A stretch of DNA of 64,000 bases, taken from contig NIVC01000543.1 in NCBI GenBank assembly GCA_002269645.1, positions 310,001 to 374,000 on the forward strand, in the 5' to 3' direction. Positions 24,301 through 35,372 of the stretch are shown in pieces. Position numbers and translations under genes: made by a program. The notes below the pieces were generated by a model that ran no database searches, had not been told where the DNA came from, and was given only the letters and a program-made list of their open reading frames with translations. The stretch is from Macrostomum lignano (lineage: Eukaryota). Each line of letters opens with the position of its first letter. Positions within the stretch are counted from its first letter, which is position 1.

Positions 24301-27300
24301 ATAGCTAGGCGAAGTGCGCGCAGGTTCTGAGGCTGCTCGTTGACATCTAGGCCCCTGATCAGACTAAAGAAGGACTCAGACAGAGCCGCCAGCTTGTCTC
24401 TGCCAGACACTGGCTGGTCGATACCGTCATGGGTTGTCTCTGGGTCGCTGTGAAGCACGGTGAAGGTCAGCAGGGCTAGTTCTCCGGTGAGTCCCATTAC
24501 ACGGGACGGCGTTATATCCGCACTGCCATCGAATGCGAAGGGTCTTTTGCACTGCTTCGGGAGACCAAGTCGAGCGCCCGTTCCGGATGCAGCAGTAGCC
24601 CAGTTTTTGCCTGGCTGCCAAGTGGAATCCGAATGGCAGGATTCGGCCATGTCCGGCTGTCCAGCGGCATCCTCCATGGGGCCCATCGAGTAGAACTGCT
24701 CGTCTTCGTCAGTTTCCGAGTCGGATCTGAAGCCGCCAACATCGTCTTCATCCAGCTCGCCAGGCTGCCCAAGTGAAGTACTGAGTAACTGCTCCTCGAT
24801 CCTTTGCCTGTCATCTAAACTCATGGGACGGGAGGATGGGCCACCGGCTACGTCACCAATGTGGCGCCGCCGACGTTGAAGCTGGCCAGTGCCCCTAGTT
24901 CTGCCTGCAAAGGCTTCGACTATCTGCAGAAGCCAGTGAAGCTGGGTTGGACTTAGCAGCACATGAATAGCTCGTCCTGCCTCCACGCTGCAATCAAACT
25001 TAGATCCAGGTAGGTGGTCTTCTTGCTTGAGAACCAACTGGATCTCCGACTGGCCCATCACCTCAGCTATTTTGATTGGCTGCTGGTGTGGCCGCTGCAA
25101 ACCAGCTGGTGGAGATAAAGGAGGCGTGGAAGATGGCAGTGACGGCATGCCAGCAGGACTGGTGCTGAATTTTTTCGGTGTCGGCGGCCCCGATACGTTG
25201 AAGTCACCAACTGGAGCATCGTCAAGGTACAGAGCCAAGCCGCTCAGTCGAAGACTTTTATACAGAAGCAGATTTGAGAAGCTACTAGGCTGATCTGAAG
25301 GTGTCGGGACGTTGCTGGGGGCCTCAGCCGTGTCGAAGTACTCAGCCTGACCGATTCGCACCTGCAGGGATACTGACTTGTTTAATCTTCGGCACACCAG
25401 GGTGATCCGGCTGTCTATGAGTGTGACGCGGATTTTGGACAGCACCGTATCAATTGTGTTGGCGATGCGCTGAACGCCTTCGGTACCGCTCTGCTTCTCT
25501 TCTGGCGTCTCCCGAACGCAGGTCTCGGCCACTTGCATGCTGGTGACCATGCTGCCCAGCATGGAGTCTAGCAGTTGGCTGGAAACCATGGCGTCTACCC
25601 GGTTGCTGGGAGACAGAGTCACGCGAAGCCCGCGGACCTCAACAACTGATGGCTCTGACACCAGCGCGGACCACGGAATGGACACGCTGATCTCCTCGAC
25701 AATACCCTCGGCCATCTCCAGAGGTATGTTCTGGTTGCGAAACACCTCATTGAGACTCTGGTAAAAAAGGTTAACAAATTGATCTGTAGATCTGCAGCGA
25801 TTTTACAAACAACTTTTGTTTGTACATTGATATTATAAATATTCAAATAGAATAGAAAATAATGCATTAAATAAATGTATTGCTTACAATAAAAAATTAC
25901 TATTTATCATAGGTTCATATGCATAAAAGGTCCACATAGTTACTCGTAATTGAATCGGCAATATGTTAGAAACAAAACCCATGGGCAAAATTAGGCGAGA
26001 ATATCTAGCGAGGCATCTAGGAGAGCACCAGTACAACAGCAGCAGCTCTGCTAACAGCTACAGCAGCTCAACTGTGACTAGAACAGTCTGTCGGCTTGCC
26101 ACACAGAACTATCCTAATGTATGTATATACGAGTACATGAATAAGTTTTGAGTTTTTGTTATACAAATTGCTGTACTAACTCAACTTAATAGTGCATGCA
26201 AACTATGTAATCATATCTACTTCTAGGTATAGACTAGGTGGACAATCACACTAAGCAGGGCCAGGATGGTAAAATTCCACGGAGTGGAATCTCAGTCAGT
26301 GGAAGCCCAGTTAGGTAAACTCCTGATCAGTGAAATCAGGAAACGCTTAGTAAGCGAGAACATGGTCAGCATCTCACTTAACATCTGCAGCAACAGCACA
26401 CTGGCCTACAAATGCAGTGGCTAGGCCAGAGCTGTACCTACTACTGTGCATCAAGGACCTGTTTGTCAAGCTAGTTGGTGGCTGCAAGTGGTCCAAGCTA
26501 GACATGTTAAATGCCTTCCTGCAGCTGCCAGTCTGAGCATAACAGGACCTTCCTGGCCATCAACATGTAGCCAGGCCTATACCAACTGATTCATATGCCA
26601 CTTGGTATGAATTGGTAACTATGCTAGCTGAGTTTTAGCACATGCAAGACTTGCTGCTCGGCAACCTAATTGCTGCTTGGAAGCCATAGTGAGAATTTGG
26701 TCAAGGTTCTTAATGCTTAGAGGAAGTAGAAATATGGCTCAACAAGAACAAAAGAAAGTTCTGCAACTTGATTGAGTACCTGGATACTAACCATAACCAT
26801 ATAATTAATGAAAAGATTACAAGGCCAGCAAGTGCAGTTACCTTATCATTAAAAATGGAAAATAAAAGAATTTAAACTTTGGCTAGCAGGCATTAGCTAT
26901 CTTTTTTCTAGAGAGAAGCTCAACAAGATCTGCTACTTGACTGACTTCTAGTCCCTGCTGCATGTCCTCTACCAGGGACCAGCAAAAGTATATACTTTAT
27001 ACTATTTTACTGTTGCTCTACTACTACTATGAAGCTGACAGCTATGATGCATTGACTTTGACTAGGTCCTTCACCACACTGAATTGTGCCTTAATAAATG
27101 TGTAAACTTGTGTAAGTGTGTAAGTTGCTAAGGCTAGCTTAGACCAATTAAATGCAAATATCACCATTGCAATGGCCATTGTTGCCATCAACTGAATCAT
27201 TTGAAACAGAGCCTATAACCACTATAATAAGGACAGACATTGTTTCCATTTTATTTTTACACATATCTTAGCTTTATAATGACATCTCATCATTGTCTAA

Positions 27301-30300
27301 GCATTGTCTGGACCTATACATAGCAAAAGATGGCTTTGATGTTGAGATATTTTAAAATATCTATTGCTTTGAGCAAACCCACATTAGAAAATGCAAATAT
27401 TGCTATGCACATACTTTTTCATTGTTTTTATAAAAAACTGACTTAAACTATTTTTAAAGAATTTTGAGGAGTTTATCAACAAAAGAGCAATAGATATAAA
27501 TCAAAATAGGCTACATCAATTGATTCTTATATAAAAATATATATACTAATATATTTGGGGCTTCAAATAATGAAATATAATTCAAGATAAGTTTCTAAGT
27601 GAACATAGTAAAAAATTAAATACTAGCTTCAAAAACCACTTTAGCATATGTTTTCATTATAAGTCTAAGAGTCAATTTTTTGCAAAAAAAAGCAATACCT
27701 TGTCCTAAATTTGTCCTTAATTGGAATATTGCTAAGTAATAGGGCATATCAAAATAAATTTATAGATTCATTTTTAACTTTTGGACATTTGGATAGACAT
27801 TCAGAAATTGTTTAGTCAATATTTAACAAAATTTTCTATTTAGTACTCAAGACAAAATAAATTTGTAGAAACTTTTTATGCATGTCTCTGCTCTAAAAAA
27901 AAGACACATCAAACACCAGCAAAGATGCTTTGCAAACTGAGATATTCGTTTGCAACAATTGTTAAGAAATTTCCAAATATACCAAATATTGTATATAATC
28001 ATTTTTTGAGAAGTTGCTACATTGTCATACTTTGCTCTTTTTGGATGAAAACTGCACAGCTACTTTATACATGTCTCCACTTTAAAAAACATTGTAAACA
28101 TAACACAAACATAACACAAACACAAGATGCATTTCAAGCTGAGATGTATTACCTTTTTGTTATATTTCAATGCTGCTTGTCATTTTTGTTCTTTTATATT
28201 TGTTACCCATAATAATAATACTAATAGTTATAATATTATTTAATACTAGAGCATAATAGACAAGCATGCAAACAAATATTTATTATATTTGGATATTTAA
28301 AGATGTTCAAATAATCATTGCTAGGGAATATTTCAATTTATAAAACAACTTTATTGCTGTTTGATATGTCTTTTTAATGAAGAGATTAAAATGCAAATTT
28401 AAAATACATGCTTACTATGCATAAACATGTCTTCAAATTTATATTCTTTTACATACTACTAAATTAAGAAGACAATTTTATTTAAAATGACTAAATGATT
28501 TTTGAATGCCTATTCAAATATCTGTTAAGAAACCAATATATTTAAAACTATTTTAATAGCAAACTTAACTTAGATTTAGTTACTTATATAATAGAAATAA
28601 TTTTTATAGCAAACTTTTGGATAACAATCACTGAGTAAAGTGACAATCCCAATCACTTATTGTTTTAAATAAATAAGTTGGAAGTTTTAAAATGACATAA
28701 CAAATTATTGCCAAAGATTCAATATTTCAGCATTCATAGAATGAATTACTTTAGCACTTCTACAAATTAGCACTAATTGCATATTATATCAGTTTTGATG
28801 ATGATTATTCAAATATGAAAACTGCATTAAATGATCATGTTCCAAAAATATAAACACTATTCTTTAGAAAAGTGGAATCATACTGAGCCTACAACTACTT
28901 GCAAATAGTGTCTCAAATAAAATGGGCCTCGGCCCATTGTATAGGCCTTAGCTTCAATTCTATACATAGTATAAAGAGGGCAATGGCTAGAGTTCTGGTA
29001 CTGGAACCCATTTTCTAATGGCTATAAGATCTAGAAATGGTATTCTAGTAATGCAATTTATGGGTATAATATATTGTAGTAGAAACATTTTAATTTTCAA
29101 ATAAGTGGTTGATATTGAGATTTTGTTCAAGATAAGATCAAAACAAAATGGTGAGATTTAAAACAAGAAACTTCTAATGTTCAGACTTCATTAGTAGATA
29201 ACTACCTGCACGATTGCCAGATCCATAGCCATTAGAAACATACATATACAACTAGTAACTGACCTGGCCAACCTGGCCACTATAAATTATGGTAGACTAG
29301 GAATAAGTCACAAAAATGCCTATCCAAAATAATACAGATATGGTACTAATTAGATGATGAGGCATTTAGCCTTAATAAGCAGTTATAGTGACTTACCCTA
29401 ACCTTAACACTTAACCCAAATTTGCATTAATTTTTGCTCAAGGTTTCTTTCATAGATAAGTCGCATTTTGGTCAAAAAGGAAGTCATATGGCCAATGTAA
29501 ATAAGGAGAATTGCATATATATAATTAAAAAACAGGTTCCAATGCTAGAACTCTAGCCATTGCCTATGAAGAAAATTGTAAATTACAATGAAAAAATAAA
29601 GCATAGTATACCCCCTCCATTTTAAAAAACAATCATTTCAATGTTATTACTATATATAAATGATTGTTAACTAAAAGTATAGTGTTTTCTCATTATAGAT
29701 TGTTCAATAATAAATAACCTAATATAATACCTAAATGATGTATATTGGATTAAGCTTCAATTTAAAAAATGTTTTTATTTAAATTGAAATTTGTTTCTTG
29801 TATATACTACACTATGAAAAATATTTTATTTGTTCTTTTGCAATTTTGGAATATGATCATTCCTCTGTAAAAGTTAGCACCTAAATTGAAATGATTATCT
29901 TCGAAAACTGATCAAATATAGGCTGGCTATTTATGGAGTTATAATATATAAACATTGTGGTTTATTCTATTTGAATAGAAAATAGAGACAAACTTCAATG
30001 GTAATTGTTTACCAAAACTAGGAAATTAAGTAGAGGTTGGATAGGATCATACATGCGCAACCTCCAAATTTCGGTCGGCCATGCAACTTAGTTTTAACAA
30101 AAATGTGATGCAGTTTTTGGCCAAAAATGCGACTTACATGTAAAAAAACCCAAAAGCAAAATTAATGCAACTTTGGGTAAACGGCAGGAGTAAATATGAC
30201 TGTCTTATAAACCCAAAATGCCTCATCAGCTACTTAGTACTACTACTTGGTGTTTTTTTGGGTTGGCATTTTTGCGACTTCCTTGGTTGGCCACCAAATC

Positions 30301-31683
30301 GGTCAGCCGGATCGGCCAACTCGGCTGACTGTTGCACATGTATGGATAGGATCCCAATCCCAATCCCAAAATCCTAGGATTCTGGTCTTGATCCTGAAAT
30401 CCCTGGATCCGAAGGTGTTATGTTAGAAGTCAAGGCAAGTGTGTGCAAGCTACGAAATGCTTAAAGCCAGCGATAGGCAGAGAGCCAATATATATATTAT
30501 TGTTTAGTCAAGTGTAGTGAGCAATTTACATTGTACGCGTCAATGGGAGACTGGGGGCAGGTGCACTAAGAGAGAAAGAGAAAGATTGCACGTCGGCTAG
30601 CCAGCATTGATCATTATACAATAGAAGGAAAATTGTATTCCCGCAAGACTAGGATCCTGACCCCAAAAAACACAAGAATTGGGAACAGGTCTTTTGATCA
30701 AAAGTTTATAGAATTAAATGATTACTTAAATGTATTTTGTTTTAACTTATATTCATTATATTATTACTTTGTTTGTTATAAAACTTTTTATCAATTTTGG
30801 TGTGTTTTACTTTTGATCTTGAATTTTTTTGCTCAATTTTGTCTAAATTTATATGGACCTACAAACTATAATATATTAAAAGACCTGGTCCCAATTCCTG
30901 AATCCCAATCCCTATCCTAATCCCAAGAAAAAATTATTCCTAATCCCAAGAAAAAAATTATTCCCAATCCCAATCAAAGATTTCAATCCTGTCTAGCCTC
31001 TAAAATTAAGCAATGATAGTCATCCAAAAGATTGCTAGTTTTATTATAATTCAATTTGAATTAATCCTATTAAAATCTTAAATCTTAATACTAATGGCAA
31101 TAATTACTATTAAACAATTTTTAATATAGAAGTAGTTTTTTTATTTAGGATATTAAGTAGGCCTATGGCTATATATGCATTAGATATAGAAAAATGTTTT
31201 ATTAGTCATAGTTTTATAATATACAAAATAGTAGATTAGATTAGGTTTCAATTAAAATGATAAAATATATAGGTCTATCTTGACTTAATCATAGGGCATT
31301 AGCCATTAGGCAAGTTAGTTAATCTTTGGCTAGCCTACTTTTATGTTTAATAGCTAATATGTTTAATATGTATAATTAAGTTTTAACAATATTAAAAACA
31401 GTTAAGATCTAGATCTGGACTTGGATTTGGTATGCAGAAACACAAAGTTAGACTGGTCTACTATATAGACAGAACTTTAAAACTAAAGAAAGAAACTCTT
31501 GAGTCTTACCTGCACATCTAATTCAATATTATTGACTATTCCTCTGCCTTTTGTGATGTCCACAGTAAGTTGATCAAGCGATATTTTCTTTGCTAAAAAA
31601 GTTCCAAGATAATGCTGTAAAAGATATCGACAAACTCTTTTTTTGAGCCCATCATGCAGGGAAAAGTTCCAGAATGAATTCAT
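11281..31683 (-). CDS. ATG2: Autophagy-related protein 2 (ATG2), 13 coding exons, about 2004 aa after adding 1 nt in exon 13
   Basis: N-terminal chorein-type segment LKKRVCRYLLQHYLG; RFDFNGG..GLLHLNDVELRLKRL..GLLG-type motif; GLQRGANSFASSSG; ATG_C tail GVVGMIRQLP. Exons: 31683-31510, 25757-24271, 23358-23181, 16958-16881, 16437-16294, 16081-15124, 15038-14745, 14664-14280, 14126-13969, 13816-13746, 13623-13027, 12906-12499, 12362-11281; all GT-AG, phases consistent. Confidence 0.93.
12499..12906 (-). CDS. ATG2: ATG2 exon 12
   Basis: IEDLEILDKVATSPINSFLY, VSLQPVRLIVDQDAFYFLKAFF motifs. Confidence 0.92.
13027..13623 (-). CDS. ATG2: ATG2 exon 11
   Basis: HLCSDSLQALLSLM..EGD, EPGLG, SLYGGLDF motifs. 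Confidence 0.9.
13746..13816 (-). CDS. ATG2: ATG2 exon 10 (not in ORF track)
   Basis: (D)YAHVAGFEVLELHVGMNDSTGVL, like ATG2 DYVCVLDVDLLELVI; TTTCAG acceptor, GTAAG donor. Confidence 0.78.
13969..14126 (-). CDS. ATG2: ATG2 exon 9
   Basis: (YR)PTKLQIGSILTV...FLFENADLYLTD; phase 2 to 1. Confidence 0.85.
14280..14664 (-). CDS. ATG2: ATG2 exon 8
   Basis: WLSQLMNMFELLDYPIEGYSAP..TTLHVSFSDIALNYR motif. Confidence 0.9.
14745..15038 (-). CDS. ATG2: ATG2 exon 7
   Basis: SEDEDE...FSLYHA; phase 1 to 1, GTAAG donor. Confidence 0.85.
15124..16081 (-). CDS. ATG2: ATG2 exon 6
   Basis: LRLYFPVPDLRP, PFSSKR, LYNRLLNDLTLWQP motifs; splice sites fit. Confidence 0.92.
16294..16437 (-). CDS. ATG2: ATG2 exon 5 (not in ORF track)
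   Basis: RGRELDRLSSVKLSLASCLIDVDLTLIDRLAALKEAF, resembling the ATG2 (L)DRLAALL motif; CAG|GTAC donor. Confidence 0.78.
16881..16958 (-). CDS. ATG2: ATG2 exon 4 (not in ORF track)
   Basis: VVAFPEQSLHSSQPSIRIDFVQTERH; polypyrimidine-CAG acceptor, GTAAG donor, 26 codons. Confidence 0.75.
18544..21555 (+). CDS. Single-exon type I transmembrane leucine-rich-repeat protein (signal peptide, LRRNT, many LRRs, LRRCT, FN3-like domain, TM, long cytoplasmic tail), nested antisense in ATG2 intron 3
   Basis: 1003-aa ORF; CSNKDLSDVP cap; repeated LxxLxLxxNxL; GNPFYCGC..QWL..MQCSSP LRRCT; hydrophobic span AVIAISVLAAILGIALIFVIVCLVC (about 20581-20658); AATAAA at 21745-21750. Confidence 0.9.
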   Translation: MISLQRSELFVVFCMNMAVALNSALYLSQENYAPCSFTSSPFRILDCSNKDLSDVPQVDRLMAVSAFYLDGNPIKSIGPSAFANMSSSLSFLSLTSTVAMDRIDDAAFTSLTALTSLNVEATKGNELSMNKVNIDKLFSGLKNLATVRMVSVNIKELPISFGGGTNIGNVSFVRAAIATIDLYAFSNASNLRSLDLSNNPLNLASTKMNWLGSAENLETVTLSTCEITSENLGQIPSMPKLRRLDLRLNKLKRLDTNSLVNVASSLEELVLSSNQISDVSTQGLANLASLKQLIMISNLNINAIPPEIKQLSNLELLDLRGTKVAGIQADSFHTNSKLKILKLDYTNVHSFHALAFARAANLEEFTVSAGSLSTSAILDTAGTQRPGNWSVILTEIPRIKVLSLSGIGMNANERGGITDGIWSSLILLPSLQKLTLEKNKLSSIPDFYFSYFRNLTYVNLRNNNISKLTSASMYGLGATKLLLQNNYLSYMDNCTLSMFEKLDSVSLGGNPFYCGCAMQWLWRRVSAEIAINLVSMQCSSPAKLSGRTWNTLSESDFCDLGETAPNNCSIQIPTTESPTTFSYLLDIKITKDTESTVRLEANLDRLVGKFSAYFIRYWLISQPEVVFNTSLMPLKAAVTTLRARVNEKYRYCYVLSNGTSQLLESLANCRDFTLTGLASAAVIAISVLAAILGIALIFVIVCLVCKKLRHRQSTQMRGYTEEDPYAYVYPDEKQVGKQPPNKSQFQATLRPESKRFSKRSRPNLSGSRPSLATSTTTLATPRMSSSGFAIQNGARPMSGQSMNQQHHQNPRLLREGVQPSQSMLSIANDKRARPEQHTQQQLSRSQDHLSGVSERGRSSRALPPAPRQAHSQELVLDVSQAVGRFKHLQQYPEQPPSLPPPRSRLLSLASEQQQQQPQPLSYTGYYGDGAYLPMSQATAGCLGESSTDQDHRLQTPVSLAYNEYLPDNEAQHGFSHSDRVAGGVDNSAFQRHETSGYYEMGQF
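21776..22433. repeat. Foldback inverted repeat, arms about 295 bp (21776-22073 and 22144-22433), spacer about 70 bp
   Basis: Arms are reverse complements, roughly 80% by eye (e.g. GTTAATTGCAC/GTGCAATTAAC, AATGTGACTGCACTT/AAGTGCAGTCACATT, CGGATACGTACGCAG/CTGCGTACGTATCCG). Confidence 0.9.
23181..23358 (-). CDS. ATG2: ATG2 exon 3 (not in ORF track)
   Basis: FLARPLKLTYTLEESRQLGKSSLSVSMGLADFTETLF...RVCD; TTACAG acceptor, GTGAGT donor, phase 2 to 0 fits neighbours. Confidence 0.8.
24271..25757 (-). CDS. ATG2: ATG2 exon 2
   Basis: SLNEVFRNQNIPLEMAEGIVEEISVSIPWSAL...CPHDHL; acceptor TTTTTTACCAG, donor GG|GTAAG. Confidence 0.92.
26260..26690 (+). pseudogene. Old Ty3/gypsy reverse-transcriptase relic in ATG2 intron 1
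   Basis: DLFVKLVGGCKWSKLDMLNAFLQL and GLYQLIHMPLG resemble gypsy RT DLFAKLAGGKKFSKLDL..AYLQL / GLYQY.RLPFG; stops and shifts present. Confidence 0.6.
28979..29564. mobile_element. MITE-like element (about 586 bp) with about 35-bp imperfect TIRs
   Basis: GGCAATGGCTAGAGTTCT.. / ..AGAACTCTAGCCATTGCC; flanks TATAAAGA and TATGAAGA (imperfect 8-9 bp TSD, hAT- or MULE-like). Confidence 0.7.
30031..31002. mobile_element. Non-autonomous hAT-type element (972 bp including nested MITE)
   Basis: TIR TAGAGGTTGGATAGGAT / ATCCTGTCTAGCCTCTA (14/17); exact 8-bp TSD AAATTAAG at 30023-30030 and 31003-31010; subterminal AATCCC repeats. Confidence 0.85.
30048..30344. mobile_element. hAT-type MITE (297 bp) nested in the left TIR of the 30031-31002 element
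   Basis: TIR CATACATGCGCAAC / GTTGCACATGTATG (13/14); exact 8-bp TSD GATAGGAT at 30040-30047 and 30345-30352. Confidence 0.88.
31510..31683 (-). CDS. ATG2: ATG2 coding exon 1
   Basis: MNSFWNFSLHDGLKKRVCRYLLQHYLGTFLAKKISLDQL...ELDVQ, donor CAG|GTAAG, 58 codons. Confidence 0.92.
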
Positions 31684-33245
31684 TGTGTCTTTTTGCAATA
31701 AGGTAGCTAGCAAAAGAAATGCAATTTAGGGGGGCTAGTTTATTATCAATTTAAGCATAATCAATGCCTTAAACTAAACTAAATCTATCAATTAATCCTG
31801 GTTATCTCATAGTATATAGATTTTCAGTAGGCCTACACCAACTTCTAGTTTTTTGATAGATAAGAATATAAAATTTTTTTATCTTCAGTACCCAGTAGAG
31901 TACCCAGTAGGGACATGAGCAGACAGAGCAGATTATAGACAAGTTACACCTAGCTCGATAATTTTAATTCCTTTCGATCTTTTAAAAAGTAGGTTAAAAT
32001 CAGCTGAGGCCTAAGATAGAATAAACTAACAAATGTTAGCTAAAATAAGTAGTGTAGACCACGAGTTGAAAATATTGAGAACTGGAATTTACTTATATTT
32101 TAAATACTAGCTATTGATTTTTAACAGAAATAACTGTTTATTTCCAATACTACGCTAAGTTGTACACTTGTATTTGCAAAACAGACATCAGACTATTTAA
32201 TGAGAATTAATTTCTTTTTCTATTTAAACAAATATGTAAAAATTCTTAATTTTTAATTTTCGATTTATCGCACGTTGCGGCCTCCATTTCATGTTCTATC
32301 TAGAGCATGGGCGGTTTAGGCTGTGAGGTTCAGGCCCGGCCCTCTGCATAAGCGCAGATTTTGCAGATACTTTTAGTACCCTGCTTTTTTACACGTTTTT
32401 TATCCTACTAAAACGTGCATATACTTAATGTTGTTTGTGGCTTGTGTGCACTAATAATTACTCTCGCAATTTCGTGTACATCTGTGTACACTGGCCCCCA
32501 CCCCTTCCTATGTACAGTGAAGTTCTCAACAATATATATCGTATTTACCCAGTGTCTGGGTCTAAGAGTTTTCTCGCTCGCTCGCAAACATGACTTGTGT
32601 GACAGTGTGATTCGTAGAAGCGTGTATCGTATTTCTTTATTTTCATATGCATACCGTACTACTACTATTCTTTCATTTTTTTAAACAATATTCATACGTA
32701 TTATTATCGCGCTATTTTTTACTGTTAATTGCTTTGTTTTTGTATGTATTTATTCTATTATTTGTATTTCATTCATATCGGTATTATTTCTCGTAAAGTA
32801 GTTCTACCTATGTACATGTACTGACGTATGTTATTCTTGCATGATATATTTATCGATTAATTTGTACATGTACATTGCGCGCCGCGTCGGGGGTTTGTCT
32901 GGGTTTTGGATTAGGGGTGTTGTTGTTTGTTATCTGTTTACCTACCAATTAAATATACGCTTGCAGTCAGCCGCCGCTCTCTCCCTTCGCTCCTGGGTTT
33001 TCGCTCCGCTTCTCGCGGGCCCCTTAGCCGTCGCATTCAATTGCTCTAGTCGTACTAAAATTAAGCAGCTACCAATCCAAACCTAACCTTAAATTCAACA
33101 TACCAAATCTGAAATCTGCAATTTACGCTAAGGGAAGTCGGCTGCTGGCTCTAGATTATTAAATTTAACCGCTACACAAATCGTACGTCTTCCCGCCTTT
33201 ATTCGTCCTACTTGGCATTTATCATAAAACACTTACGTCGTATTT

Positions 33246-34312
33246 TTAAAGCAGTGAGGCAACCAGAAACTCGTCGAGGGGGGGGGGGGCAAAAAGCCCA
33301 AGAGGCGGCCTGTATTTTGGCAAAAATGCGCTCGGCCGGCTTTCACTTTTCCAGGTCTCGATCCGTCCTGGGGCGGCTGTGGTGACAGGGGAAATCCCGG
33401 TCGTTTCTCCCGGAGTTCGGGCTTGTGTCCTGACCCTCGCTGTGGTCACCCACCCACTCGCGTACGACGCGAACTGGCGGACCGTGACTTGCCCAACTAC
33501 CGCTTCCAGCTGATGCACCAGACGCATCGCGTCCGCTAGGGTCTCCGGCTGGCTCATGTCAGTCGCTCCCGCACCGCCACACCCGCACGGACGCCCCGCA
33601 TAAATCGCTCCTTCGCAAGATCATCGCGCACATCGGCAGGCGCATCAGGAAAGGCGTTTGCTACCAACTCAATCACAGCTTCAAAGAAATCTTCCACCGA
33701 CTCCTTCTCGCTCTGCTCTCTATTGCTCAGTTCGGTGCGGTAGTCGACGACGGTACGGTGCATAGTGAACCTATCCCTCAAGGCCTGGGTAAACTCGATC
33801 TTCAAATGGCAAGTCGTCCCCAAGGTTCATGTTGTCAACAACTTGGAATGTGCTGAAGTCTAGGTTGCTAAGCAACTGGGCGCGCCGATTCTGCAACGGA
33901 ATCTGCATGGCATCGCAATATACGCTACGAAGAGCTGCAACTACTTCACGAAGTTCATGCCCGGAGCGAATTTCACCAGCCTCAGAATTCTGAGAGCACC
34001 AGCTTGCTGCATATTCTGCTGGATCTGGGCAGTCAACGCAGCGACCAGGTCGTTTACACCGAAAGCCGCACCACCACCAGCACCTCCAGCGGCACCTCCA
34101 GCGGCACCTCCAGCAGCACCTCCAGCAGCACCTCCAGCAGCACCTCCAGCAGCACCTCCAACATCACCTCCAGCAGCACTTCCAGCCTCCATGCCTCAGC
34201 TTCCCATGTCTCTAACCTCAAAATGTTCGCGCCTCGAGTCTTCTTCCTTGCTTAATCTTCCGCAGCGCAGGGTCCCACCAATAATGCCGTTGCGCAGGTG
34301 TACCAGGGTGGT
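33246..34312 (-). pseudogene. Degenerate retrotransposon gag-like ORF
   Basis: N-terminal VHLRNG; (GGAA)n linker; ALRDRF..R..Q...ESVEDF...L...AF.....RDDLAKERFMRG...V...L...PETLADA..L capsid-type motif; internal stops/frameshifts; no pol follows. Confidence 0.75.
34068..34187 (-). repeat. 12-bp tandem repeat (about 10 units) encoding (GGAA)n in the gag
   Basis: GCACCTCCAGCA/G units on + strand. Confidence 0.9.
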
Positions 34313-34397
34313 TAGGTGATGAGGAGTGGTGACGGCGTCAGGCGCACGGACCAAGCTGTTAGGTTAAGGTTTGCTTAGGTTGCTTTTGATGCTGCAG

Positions 34398-35372
34398 ATG
34401 TCTCTGTACGCCGAGCTGGACCTCGATCAAGCGGCGGACGCGGCGGAAGTCAGGAAGGCATACCGAAGACTGGCCCTGCTGTACCATACCGACAAACATC
34501 CGAACCGGCCATACGCGGAGGAGAAGTGCAAAGCCATCAACGAGGCAAAGCCTACGTTGATGGCGTAGTGCAAAGCCTACGCGATTCTAAAATGTCCGTA
34601 CCGACGGTGGCTGTACGACCTGTTCGGTGAGGAGTCCGTGTCCTTTAGTGGTGCGGTGGATTTGGCTAGACGGGTGTTCCCGCCGCCGGGCATCCAGGTA
34701 ACAGAAGACATCGCTGAGGCTCTGAGGTTGGACGAAGAGATGGAGAGCGAGCCGGAAGTAAGCGAAAGTGAATCGGCCAACGGCGATGGGTGGCGACCGC
34801 ATGACTGGGAGTCGGAGGAACAGGAGTTTCGCGAGCAGTGCGAGCAGGCGTACGCACCGGAGACAGCTCCAGAATGCGCCTACATCTGGATCAGCGACGA
34901 TGAAGAGGAGCGTGACAGCGAGATGGAGTCGGAGTTGGAAGACATACCGGACGTCCTAGCGTGGAAGCTGGTGTTGGCAGGGCGACAAGCGGTAGAGCCG
35001 GAGTGATTGGTGTTGCCAACGTCTGTAGAGTTTGGGGAGCTGCGGAAGAAGCTGAGAGAAGCTCTGCTAGCTGGCGAAGAGGCGGAGATTTGGCAGGCGG
35101 TGAGGCATCTGTGGGAGATGTTCGTAGCGCGAGGGGAAGAGCCCCGAAGATACGTCACGGCCGCGCTGGTTCAGGTGCTGAAGTTCTTGCGGCGTGATCT
35201 GTCGGTAACGTGGTCAAAGGGCCGCGGTCGACGCCGGGGTTGGAAGGTGGAGCGGTTGAGAAAGGCGGTGAGAGCGGTGAACGCCGTGGTTGAGCAGTAC
35301 AATCTGCTGCAAGCCGGTCACGTGAGGAGGCTGCTGCGCTGGTGTGCTCGAGTGGTGGCGTGCGATTGCTAG
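34398..35372 (+). pseudogene. Intronless J-domain (DnaJ/Hsp40-type) ORF with acidic middle and basic C-terminal region; two in-frame stops; HPD changed to HTD
   Basis: SLYAELDLDQAADAAEVRKAYRRLALLYHTDKHP..AEEKCKAINEA[30-nt insert with TAG]YAILKCPYRRWLYDLFGEE; track ORFs 34371-34568, 34638-35006 and 35007-35372 share one frame; AATAAA near 35850. Confidence 0.8.

Noticed and set aside
34638-35006. T-antigen-like LxCxE motif after the J-domain
   Set aside because: An acidic SDDEEE stretch is present but no LxCxE; no evidence for viral T-antigen homology
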